The position numbers and the translations under genes are program-made. Below the pieces are notes generated by a model, which saw only the letters and a program-made list of their open reading frames with translations, made no database searches and had not been told where the DNA came from. Positions 1 to 11,013 of a DNA stretch of 64,000 nt are shown here, piece by piece (the stretch's first letter is position 1; each line of letters opens with the position of its first letter). Origin of the DNA: Octopus vulgaris (taxonomy: Eukaryota); contig OX597815.1 of assembly GCA_951406725.2 (NCBI GenBank), positions 198,028,001-198,092,000 of the forward strand, written 5' to 3'.

Positions 1-177
1 TTCCATCACTGGTGATAGCAGGTAATATAGAGATAGAGGGTGAATTTATAACTGGATTTTGGATTTATCGACTTACTTTCACCTTTCAAGCGCTTTGATA
101 ATAAATTTTCTTACTATGTTATCAGTTTTCATATCTAACTAGCCTATGGATATATCTAGATTCTTCTAAACGATTAT

Positions 178-489
178 GTTTGTTGTTGTTTGTTCCTTCG
201 CGAGCCACGCCTGGCTCATAAGGGCCGGTTTCACGGTGTCATTGGTGTACAGAATCCCCACCTGGACGGGACTCCGGTCCGTCGCAGGTATGCTGCAAGA
301 TGCAGGAGGAAAGAGTGAGAGAAAGTTGTAGTGAAAGAGTCAGCAGAAGTTCGTCATTATCTTCTACCGGAGCCGCGTGGAACTTAGGTGTTTCGCTCAT
401 AAACATACACATCGCCCGGTCTGAGATTCGAACCCGCGTTCCCTCGACAGCGAGTCCGCTTCTATAACCACTAGGCCATGTGCCTCCAC
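178..489 (-). mobile_element. tRNA-derived SINE (family M), full length with target-site duplication (TSD)
   Basis: Minus strand begins GGTGGAGGCACATGGCCTAGTGGTT (A box), has GGTTCGAATC (B box) and ends in an (AAC)n tail. Flanked by ctaaacgattat (166-177) and ctaaacgactat (490-501). Confidence 0.85.
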
Positions 490-2019
490 CTAAACGACTA
501 TACTATGCTGCTATGAAAAATAATGTTTTCGTCTGAAAACTACTAAAATTTATTTTGAGCGTAATATCAACTATAATTACCTGGCAATTATCAAAGACCT
601 AGGGAAAGACAGTCGTTACACTTAAGTATTTATTGTCAGTAATTTACCGAAAGAATTTACTCTTTCTACAAATAGATTTTCAGTGAACATCAATAACAGT
701 ATATGCAATACATTCTGTATGTCTTCATTAGAAATATGTAAGAATGTATTGGTCTATATGTTGGGGAATTGCGGACATTAATATTTAGTTATTCTTAGAA
801 AAATCCCTTTCTGTTGTATTATTTTTAATTATTTGAGTGTTTAAGGAAAAGGGAATTTCGAATTATATCTAGAAATAAACTGGGTTGGTGATATTTGTGA
901 TAGATCATTAGAAAGTTTATATATAATTTCAATTACAATATTAGAATGATAATTTGCATGAATAAACGGTTGAAGTATTTTTGTCTCCTTTACTTTATAT
1001 ATATGAATATAAAATTCGTAATTCAACGGGGATATTGAAAAAAACGATTGAGTGCATTCACCTTGAATTCATTTATCAAATTGTGTCAATGTCCACCTTC
1101 AACATGATAATTTAAATATAAAACAAGAAATAATTCCTACGTTCCAATCTCTAGACTGTAATGAAATGAGTTCTTTATTGTTAATCTAAAACGTTTAAAA
1201 AGTAGATTTCTCACAGAATCAAGGACATTACCTTCGCTAATTGTACACATAAATAATTATGATTGCATTGAGTCAATATACTTGGCAACTGTATATAAGA
1301 AGTCATTATAGGATTAAGTGAGCGATTAGCAGAGTCTATAACATATTGTAATTATATGACAATACACTCTCCTACAAGCCAAAGAAATTAAATAACACTT
1401 TATAAGTTCATTAAACTCTATTAAGTGATGTGCGAAGATGTATGAAGGTAATTATTTTTAAACCTAATTTTCTGGAGGAATCCGCAAGATTCCTTGATGG
1501 ATAACAAAATCCAAATTTAGGCGAATGACGAGGTATATATTGTTTGCAATCAAATTCAATTAAATTTTCTTCCAACGTTAGTTTTCCCTAATCGATTTCT
1601 ACTATCAACATCAGTTTGTCACAATATGACAGTAAACTAACTCTTACAATTGAACTTCTTATGGGAATAAAAGCCTGTAATTACTTTGAGACATGTGATG
1701 ATGCCATTAAAGACTCAGATCAAGGATAATGATCCCAGTTAATTTAATACCAACAATGCATGAAGCATTGCTATTAGTTAATGCTATAATCATTTCATAT
1801 AGAATTATATTGATGCTAGCCCTGAAATATTGCCTCATAGCCACTAAAAATTGAATGCAGCTAGGGCTGTAATTTAAACCGAATGTTCGGTGAAGTGAAG
1901 CCTAGATTTAAATCTGTTTTTATTGCACATTACACCACATGCATACACACACAAATACACATATGCGCACACACATACACAAAAATGCACACACAAGCAC
2001 ACGCATATACAGAGATAGG

Positions 2020-2170
2020 GCGGAATTCCTTCAGGTTTTGCCTTCGAAATTCACTCATAAATTATTAATCGGCCCGAGGCTATGGTAGACGTGTCCAAGC
2101 TGTCAAGCAGTGGGGCTAAACCAGAAACTATGTGGTCGGGAAGTAATTTTCATATCACACCCCCTCGGCT
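2020..2170 (-). mobile_element. Degenerate SINE-A 5' part
   Basis: Diverged match to the head of the full copy at 26375-26770 (ggcccgaggctatggtagac...ccagaaactatgtgg). Confidence 0.6.
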
Positions 2171-2198
2171 TTGCATGCATACATACATACATGCATAC

Positions 2199-2251
<53 letters not shown>

Positions 2252-2359
2252 GACAAAAATCTATCTAATAGTCGATGTGCCTCTCTCTTTCTTTTCCAAT
2301 CTTTCTAGCAATGTATCTCTTTATATACATATGTGTGTAAGTGTCATTGTTACTGAGTA

Positions 2360-2550
2360 CGTCACCCCCACTGTTTCACCACTAGTGTTATGTTGAGCGC
2401 ATTCCCATAACATAGAGATCCTTTAAACAGAAATTCGATAAAGTAAGTACGAGGCTCAAAAAGAAATAACAACTAGGGGCTATTACTTAGAATATTATTC
2501 TTCGAGACAGAACTTCAGCATGGCTGCAGTCTAATGACTGAAACAAAGAA
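2360..2550 (+). mobile_element. Degenerate SINE-A 3' part
   Basis: Ends cagcatggctgcagtctaatgactgaaac, as in the SINE-A tail. Confidence 0.6.
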
Positions 2551-2631
2551 AATACATAAGAAATGCAAGATATTTTTGTAAGATGTATACATACATACAT
2601 ACATACATACATACATACATACATACATACA

Positions 2632-2667
<36 letters not shown>

Positions 2668-2668
2668 C

Positions 2669-2699
<31 letters not shown>

Positions 2700-2739
2700 T
2701 GTATAGTGGGTCCTCGAGAGATGCACAATGTGGTAAGCC

Positions 2740-3170
2740 CAAACTGCAGAGAGTGGTGAGTCGGAGACTAGAAAAATCATCTGGGCTTTCCCAATCCAAA
2801 CAGAGTAAGTGTTAGAGAATAATAGACTGGAATTTGTTGTGGTCAACAACATGCATAACATATTCTATATAATTTCTGTTGTCTGCTCCTTTTACCCACG
2901 AATAATCGAGAAGGAAGGTGAAAATATAGATAAATACAACACTCTTAAATACGAAATGACCTGGCTAAGGAAAATGAAGAAGGTGAAATTATTGCTGTGT
3001 GGAAAGAGTATCAGAAGGCATCAAGTGGAATATAAATTGGAATACAATGCTCGGTAGAACTATTACGAATGTATTAGATAGCTGAAAAGAGTGGATAGTT
3101 TGATAGCATATGCTTCAGATAGCAAACTCACAAGGCATGTAAGATTCCAGATACTCCAACAAAACCTGTG
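2740..3170 (+). mobile_element. Decayed R4/Dong-clade LINE, restriction-like endonuclease (RLE) region
   Basis: Translation KIIWAFPIQTE*VLENNRLEFVVV...IIEKEGENIDKYNTLKYEM parallels ILWDFPVQT...KPDIII...AKEFDKISKYKDLLME of the copy at 60161-61395. Confidence 0.7.
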
Positions 3171-3528
3171 AGAAAGAGAAATAATAATGGCTGTATGTAA
3201 TTTTTAAACATTTCAATGCATCGCTACGCTCGTTTCCACAACTCACGTTTCTTATGACCATCGTTTGTATTCCTAGCATGATAACAGCATAGTTCGTTGT
3301 ATTCTTAGACATCAAATGGGTCGTAATTCATGTATTCATATAATATGCTTGAGGAAATGAGTTGATAGTTTCTCAATCAAAATTTCAGTTCGTCGGCGAA
3401 GATTCGAGGCATCACTAAGGTGAAACAATATCCCCAGCTAAAAATGCATTGCTTCTTTTAGCTGAAACAGCTATATGCTAATAACGCACAATACATAGTT
3501 TTTGTCCCTTGCAATTGACTTACTCTCT

Positions 3529-3586
<58 letters not shown>

Positions 3587-3787
3587 GTCGCCATGATAGA
3601 TCGTTAGCTACTACACACATTTTTTCCCTCCTTGTTTATCTCCTCTGTTTTCTGTGTCCATTTCTGTAGAAGAGCGTAGGCTCGAAACGAAAAAGACTAT
3701 TTCTATTCCTGAGCGTTATACTAATACATCTGTTTGTTTTGTACACCCCCTGTCTTCGTCTTTTGTTTTTTTTCGTAAACTCTCCCT
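3587..3787 (+). mobile_element. Penelope-like terminal fragment in (TA)n with degenerate HHR motif
   Basis: ctgtaga-a-gagc gtag gctc-gaaacg at 3664-3689. Shares cctgagcgt with the element at 35520-35720. TA repeats on both sides. Confidence 0.55.
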
Positions 3788-4399
3788 ATAATATATATAT
3801 ATATAGAGAGAGAGAGAGATACAATATATATATATAATATTTTAGCCCTTATCTTGCAATGTAGGTTATTGTAACACACCAGTCATATTTTTGACACTCG
3901 TAATTTTCCTTTTGCATCAGATATAGCACACTGCTGTTTACATTATATATATAATATAATATAATATAATATAATATAATATAGTTCTTCGATCACAAAT
4001 ATATAGGTTATTTAACTACTATAAAAAAGGATATAACCGTTTAAAGAAAACTAAGACGAGAATTAATTGAAGGGTAGGTAAGATTAAAGAGATTTCTATA
4101 AAGTATCAGACACTATTTCTGGAATTCCAATCAATACTACTTTCTTTGAAATCGGAAACATTTAGTTTAAGAGGAATATATGAAGTATCCAATATTTTTC
4201 TTTATATTATCTTCTGGGATAATTATTAATCTAAGTAGAAAAGTAAATTTTGAAATAAAGGACACGACTTGAAAATAAAATTCCGTTTTAAGGAAACAAT
4301 TAACAATTTCTTTCATCTCTACACTGCTATATTTTCAATTAATCTGTCAACATGTTTGTTAATATATGTCAACTTTAGAGGCATTTCCTTTGTCGTTTC

Positions 4400-4560
4400 T
4401 TTCGGGGTTGAAATGCCGCGCGGGGTCGACGTTACCTTTCATCATTTCGGGGTCGATAAAATAAGTAACCGTTGAGTATAGAGGCTGATTTAATTGACTT
4501 AGCCCCACAAAAAAAAAAAAATAATAATAACTGGCCTATTGCCAAAACTTTGAAACTAAT
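4400..4560 (+). mobile_element. Degenerate SINE-B fragment
   Basis: ggtcgacgttacctttcatcatttcggggtcgataaaataagta matches the SINE-B core. Confidence 0.65.
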
Positions 4561-5071
4561 ATTATGTCAAACTTCTGTCTTTTAATGATTTTAGAGGTCT
4601 TGGACGAAATACATATGAAAACAATTCTATTAAGAGGTAATAAATCAATGTATGGCAAAATATTTGAAGTTGAGAATTTGTGGACATTGATTCAAAAGGA
4701 ACAAACATCAATTATACGACAAGGTTTCTATGAAATTTTGAATTCTTTTCTATTTCCCCTGTGGATATATATTGCAGCGAGGTATTATATTTTAATAATT
4801 TCATACAGGCGCATATCAGTAGAGCAGGAGGCACAAAAGCAAAACTGGTGACGGTAATAAATGAATTTATAAAGGATCTGGAGAAATTTGAAATTGATAA
4901 CTCGAACGTTGTACCAAAGTGTAAAATCAATATATGGTGGACTGAAGGTTTTGAAAATTAAAATCGTCCACGATGACCTAGAATGGGATTGAATCTTCAT
5001 CCTTGTCGTTGCAAAATAACATTCATAATCGACAGTGTATACAACTCCGTATTCTAGCTATAATTTATATA

Positions 5072-5643
5072 CAGGGTGGCCCAAAAGTAATTTGACAGCT
5101 ATCACGTAGGCACTTTCAATTTCTTTTAAAATATTTTGCTAGATTTACATTTCTATCTTACATTCATAGTTTAGGCACAGCTTAAAAAGACAATATTTAA
5201 TCTCTCCGATGCTCAAAATGTTCCTCTTCAACATTGCAACATTATTCCAACCTCTTCAGAACACTCTGAATCACAAGGCGGCAGGAATTCCGATCTCCAT
5301 CAATTTCAGTGAATGCCTCAGAAATGTAATCGTTTAATTCATTTACCCTTTAGGGATTTTTCTCATAAACCTTGTTCCTTACAACAGCCTGCAAAGACAA
5401 ATCCATTGGTGTCAGGTCAGGTGAACGCGGTGGCCATCCGATGCTGCCCCGTCTTCCAAACCAACGCTGTGGAACGATTTGGCTAAAGTAGTCTCTTACT
5501 GTCAACGCATAATATGGAGATGCTCCATATTGCTGAATAGTGGTTTCCTATTTGTTTTTAAATAATTAACATCTAATCTGTTGATATATATATATGGGAA
5601 AGAGATAGTTGAATTACTGTAAACCTACTTTTGGTCCACCCTA
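5072..5643 (-). mobile_element. Internally deleted Tc1/mariner-superfamily transposon, DD41D (rosa-like)
   Basis: Terminal inverted repeats (TIRs) cagggtggcccaaaagta / tacttttggtccacccta, each flanked by TA. Minus strand encodes QQ(D>Y)GA...RWFGRRGSIGWPPRSPDLTPMD...HFEH, with 41 residues between the second and third catalytic positions. In-frame stops present. Confidence 0.88.
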
Positions 5644-6149
5644 TATCAATAATACATCACTTTCACTGAAAGACAAAAACTATAATATACACTCCATTTA
5701 AATTGATGCAAAGAGGCACAAACAGCCAAAGAGGCACATTCATATAATGCAAATGTGGGATAGTTGTGATAGTATGTTCCACGCGACATCCGATAAAACA
5801 AGACAATCAGTGTCAGAATTGTAGCTAAGCAAATCACAAAAAAACATACAATGTTAAATTAAATTCTGCTATCACAATAGTCGAGTAATGCACATTGAGA
5901 CCTTTGCATATGCAGATGAATTCCAAACACATAAACACACACACACATACACACACGCACGTACGCACGCACATGCACGCACGCACACACACGAATAAGC
6001 AATCTCATAATGCAAGCAAACTAATTGAAGGGACATGATGGGCTTACCTTTATTAATCACATGTGAAGGCTTCGTAAATTAGTACCAATCATATATATGT
6101 ATCAATATCTTAAGTTACAAAAGGAAAAATATATATAAAATCATATACT

Positions 6150-6366
6150 ATTGGTGTCAAGTTTGGCACAAGGTCAGTAGAATTGGGGAAATGGTAAATC
6201 GATGACAGTAACACCCCATGCTCAGCTGCTATATATTTTATTGCTCCCGAACGATGAAAGACAAAGTCTATTCGGGTGGAATCTGAACTCTGACCGAAAA
6301 GACGGGGGGAAATGTCTCTAAGCAATTTTACCGGCGTCCCAATGATTCTGGCAGCTTGCCGCCTTA
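6150..6366 (-). mobile_element. Degenerate SINE-B
   Basis: Ends ctggcagcttgccgcctt (head in reverse); gatgaaagacaaagtc core. Confidence 0.65.
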
Positions 6367-6448
6367 TGGAAATAATATAATATTAAAGGAAATTTTCCTT
6401 CAAACGCATATAAGTACATACAAACACACATACACACACAGGCACACA

Positions 6449-6500
<52 letters not shown>

Positions 6501-6512
<12 letters not shown>

Positions 6513-6624
6513 TGGAAAGGAACACACGAGTTGATAATGATATGTATAAGGGTGGAAAGGAACACACGAGTTGATAATGATATGTATAAGGGTGGAAAGG
6601 AACACACGAGTTGATAATGATATG
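6501..6624. repeat. 40-bp tandem repeat, three perfect copies
   Basis: tatgtataagggtggaaaggaacacacgagttgataatga starts at 6501, 6541 and 6581. Confidence 0.95.
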
Positions 6625-6639
6625 TTGATAATGATATGT

Positions 6640-6692
6640 AATCGTTACAGTTGAAAAGGTCTCAAAATGACCGAAACCGGTACTGAAAGATT
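6640..6692 (+). ncRNA. Type I hammerhead ribozyme, U3-A8 core variant (copy 1)
   Basis: Stem I cag/ctg (extended by aatc/gatt), core TTGAAAA 6651-6657, stem II ggtc/gacc, GAAA, palindromic stem III ACCGGT. Predicted cleavage after GUA at 6682. Confidence 0.7.
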
Positions 6693-6734
6693 CACTATAA
6701 AATCATCTTAGCATTTTCTATTTTTGACTTGTTT

Positions 6735-6819
<85 letters not shown>

Positions 6820-7016
6820 TACGAAAAAGGAAACCTTTTGCTGCAGCGCACCTAACTAATGCTCTATATGGTCAAAATATAACAAATCAAATTGGTGAAC
6901 AGATTTTCGTAGGTCAAATTCCTTTATATTGGAAATACAAAATATATTTCTTTAAAAAAATCATCGAAATATTAGGATTGAAGCGCTCCAATATTACAAA
7001 CCATAGAAAAGTAGTA

Positions 7017-7109
7017 GTACAAAATCTTACGATCGTTTCGGAGAAAGCGTTTGTATTGGGCGAATTTTCCAACCAATACAAATAGTCGCATTTCCGTCAT
7101 CAGATGTAC
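7017..7109 (-). ncRNA. Type I hammerhead ribozyme with long stem II, in a Penelope-like fragment (~6830-7250)
   Basis: Minus strand: CTGATGA-c-gga...tttgtattgg/ccaatacaaa...tcc-GAAAC-GATC-GTA. Palindromic stem III; stem I imperfect (gtaca/tgtac). Confidence 0.7.
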
Positions 7110-7255
7110 AAAAAATCGATTAAAATAGTTTTAAATTTTCAGAAAGTTTAAAATATCTCCTACTTACAGAATTTAAAATCATATCGAATAATGCTATAGT
7201 TGTTTTTAAAGATGTTATAGGTTTTTTATAAAGTTCACCAGGATATAGAAATATG

Positions 7256-7304
<49 letters not shown>

Positions 7305-7667
7305 GCTTACGAGTCAGCCCTCAAGCGCAAATACATGGAGATTTACAGACGTGTACACATTCAAATATACTGGTCGCTTTATTAGGTGTTGACGAGACTG
7401 GACGTAAGAGTCAGACATTCAATAAATCCGATTTTATGAGGGGGAACCATTGTGTGTTTGTAACCAAAATGTCCTCAGTATTCCAATCTATCTGTATGTA
7501 TGTGGGGGGAGAGCGAGAGAGAAAGAGAAAGAAACAAAGAAACAAAGAAGCATCGTAGGAATAAATTGAGAACGAACGAGATACATAGATAAAATGGGAG
7601 AGATGTATTGTGATTTGTGGAAATTACCTGGAGCACTTTCTTTCGTATGATTTAATTCTTCTAAGGT

Positions 7668-7792
<125 letters not shown>

Positions 7793-7798
7793 ATATAT

Positions 7799-7872
<74 letters not shown>

Positions 7873-7997
7873 CCTCGAACACACAAGTGCAAACAAGGGA
7901 GTCAGAGAAAGGCAGAATGCCACTTATATCTGAACACTACTATAGAAATATTCCTTTAAAAGAACGTTTCTTCTAATTTTTCTAAATTTAATTATTT

Positions 7998-8050
7998 AAT
8001 CGTTACAGTTGAAAAGGTCTCAAAATGACCGAAACCGGTACTGAAAGATT
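7998..8050 (+). ncRNA. Type I hammerhead ribozyme, U3-A8 core variant (copy 2)
   Basis: Identical to 6640-6692. Part of a ~100-bp direct repeat (6639-6740 / 7997-8098), each copy followed by (AT)n. Confidence 0.7.
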
Positions 8051-8103
8051 CACTATAAAATTATCTTAGCATTTTCTATTTTTGACTTGTTTTTTCATAT
8101 ATA

Positions 8104-8155
<52 letters not shown>

Positions 8156-9167
8156 AATATATATTCGACACTGAGGCATAGTGATAATCTGCATATTTTT
8201 TCTGAATTCTGTGAACAAAGCTTCTTGGAAATTAATTATTTACATGTGTGCTTAGAGCAATGTAGTTACTTAGATGATATATATCGCCAATGAGTTCCTG
8301 AAGTTAGATATAATTCTTTTCACCTACGTACAATTTGTAATTAACTTCGTAAATTCTTGCAGAATTTGTCATGTTCGTGTAGATATGTATATTTAGAACT
8401 CGTGTATCCACTTTTAAACAGAGAATCACGTCTTTTCCCCCTTTATAATGAAATAAACCCATTTAGAATGCTTTGTTATGACATGCTGTTTCTCGAATGG
8501 TTCAATGGAATACTATATAGGCCGTTGTAAGTTTATTCCAATCCAATATTAATTCTGAAATTTTCTAATTGCGTAATTGCAAAATATATCAAAATTTCGA
8601 GGAACAATTTCCTTGAAGCTTGCAAATTCAGTTAGCAATAAAATTGCAAACAGGAAGAGGAATTACATTCTTTTGTAAGAAAAGTATTTTTTAAGCTTGA
8701 TACTTACCGAACTGGATAAATCTTTAGAGTGATTATAGTTACTCAGAACCCTTGGTCTGTTATTAATGTTGTAACACTTAAGATGCATTCTGTTATTAGG
8801 GAGGATCAATTTATAGTAACTTTCGCAAAATATTTGTATACATTTAACCTGCATTATATATAAAAGTATTGATTTGTCTCCTTTATCCAGTTTTTATAGT
8901 TCTAAATCATTAAAGCCACTTTCACTAATAACTTTTAAATTAATGTATATCGCGGCTGAATATAACGCCATTAAAATATCGAAATGTTATACTAAGAATA
9001 GAATTTTGTAAAATTTGGAGTGGAAGATAGGAATTCCCATGTAAATAAAGTAATGTTTCATGTGATTTTCCGTAGAAATATAATTTGTTCTTATATAATT
9101 TTAACATACTTAAATTACTATACGAACTTGCATATCAATTGTAATTTGTTCCCTAATTTCAAGTGTG

Positions 9168-9627
9168 TAGAGCCAGCTAGAGACGAAGATCTCTTGGGGC
9201 TATAAAGCTACAGTAACACCCCCCTCCCCAATGTGGTTAGCCATGATAAGATGGCTTCTATACTTTACATTATCGAGCGATTACTGTTTCAATCTCATTC
9301 TGAGATTTAATTATGCTTACTGTTCGTTTTTCGACATCAGTGGCAGACGCCATTAGAAAAACTTATATCTATTTGCAAAAGAGCCTTCACTTTCATCGCT
9401 ACCTGGTGGTTGCCGCTCGTTGACGAGGGACAAACATCCCGATACTAGTTCGAGCGTATCACTCAGGCTTGCGAGGAAGGGATGGCCTCCCTTTGCAAAT
9501 ACTCCAAAGACACAGATATTGTGTTTAGAGTCAGCTAGAGACGAAGATCTCTTGAGGCTATAAAGCTACAGTAACAACCCCCTCCCCAATGTGGTTAGCC
9601 ATGATAAGATGGCTTCTATACTTTACA
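9168..9627. repeat. ~102-bp direct repeat pair, 358-bp period
   Basis: 9168-9269 and 9526-9627 are near-identical. About 60 bp of the unit recurs inverted inside the Helitron at ~50653-50712. Confidence 0.9.
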
Positions 9628-10009
9628 ATAATTTATTATAAGCTATGTATTATCCAAGACAGTATTTCATATAAAGTGGGATTAAAGTCCAGTGTTTTTC
9701 CGTAAACAATTTTGCAAATTCAGAATATCTTTTTAAAATGGTGAAGTACGGGATTTCGAGTAATATCACATGTGGGTGTTCCTTTATATACTCTCTTGCG
9801 TATATACATCAATATATGAATACTTTTATCTGAGGAAAAATAGACACGTAAAAAAGGGAAATTTCTAAGAGTGTATGTTTCTTTTAGCAGCGGTAAAAGA
9901 ATCATGTATTAGTGTTCGATGTTGAGGGCAAAAATTATATATTTGAGGAGTCATAGGGAATCAGAAATGAGATGCTTTTATGCTAACGTCAGCGATTTTG
10001 TAGTGATAG

Positions 10010-10218
10010 TGTTGTGTGGACGCCCCCAGACGATGAAGTAAGCTAGCCCAATACGTAGATAGAGAAGGAGAAGCCTAGACGTCAGCAGTAGTAGAGTAAC
10101 GGTGAGAGTTGAACAGAGAGAGAGACAGAGAGAACAGTTAAGTAGCAGTCAGAGTATAGTAGTTGAGAGCAGAGCAGAATGGAGTTGAGTAGAGGTCATC
10201 CGAACGTGCGACGTAACA
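10010..10218. mobile_element. Possible solo LTR
   Basis: TGTTG...TAACA termini, flanked by gatag / gatat (4 of 5 match). Composition distinct from the flanks. Confidence 0.45.
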
Positions 10219-10245
10219 GATATGAAAATTCCGATAAACAATTGC

Positions 10246-10476
10246 TGTTTTTTTATTGCCCACAAGGGGCTAAACATAGGGGGACAAACTAGGACAGACA
10301 GACGGATTAAGTCGATTATATCGACCCCAGGGCGTAACTGGTACTTAATTTATCGACCCCTAAAGGATGAAAGGCAAAGTCGACCTCGGCAGAATTTGAA
10401 CACAGTACGTAACAGCAGACGAAATATGGCTACGCATTTCGCCCGGCGTACTAACGTTTCTGCCAGCTCGCCACCT
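10246..10476 (-). mobile_element. SINE-B monomer with perfect 17-bp TSD
   Basis: Head aggtggcgagctggcagaaacgttag; TSD ttccgataaacaattgc at 10229-10245 and 10477-10493. Confidence 0.9.
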
Positions 10477-10587
10477 TTCCGATAAACAATTGCATTACGA
10501 TCGCAGTATTCCCGTTTATGTTAGAAATGCAAATTTGTTTTCAATACTCTAATTATCACTGAACGAACATATTCATGCTACGTAATA

Positions 10588-11013
10588 GGGATCTTTTCGT
10601 TTTGAACGGCAGTTTTTATAAATAATTTCCACGTAACAAAACACTTTTGAACTTCGCATACTGGTAGAATGTGTTTATAAAACATCTTTTTCTCTTGGCT
10701 TTATTGAGAAAATTCTTTACTTTATAAGATATTTGTTGTTGTTTTTTCTTCAATTTCTGCAATTTCAACCAATCAATGGCGTCTATTGACGTAAAAAACA
10801 TTCTGTGCCGTATGAATATGTCCCTCGTTTAAGAAACAGAGTGAGTTTATTTACATTTGTGAAGAAAAAAAGATACCCTTCCCCCACCCCTAAACGTAAC
10901 CCTAACCCTAAAACAGATTGAAATGCAATAGATCGATACTAGGGTCATAATTATGGGTGACAATTTCATATGACACCGCTAGAAAAAACTGCCGTTCAAA
11001 CCGATAAGATCCC
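10588..11013. mobile_element. MITE with ~29-bp TIRs and 6-bp TSD
   Basis: gggatcttttcgttttgaacggcagtttt / aaaactgccgttcaaaccgataagatccc; TSD gtaata at 10582-10587 and 11014-11019. Confidence 0.88.

Noticed and set aside
6501-6624. CRISPR-like array
   Set aside because: Units are contiguous and identical with no spacers; eukaryotic context with no cas genes.
7388-7420. HHR-like ttgacga-gact...agtc
   Set aside because: No GAAA after the stem and no stem III; may be chance.
10888-10911. Interstitial telomere
   Set aside because: Only about four imperfect units, inside a MITE.
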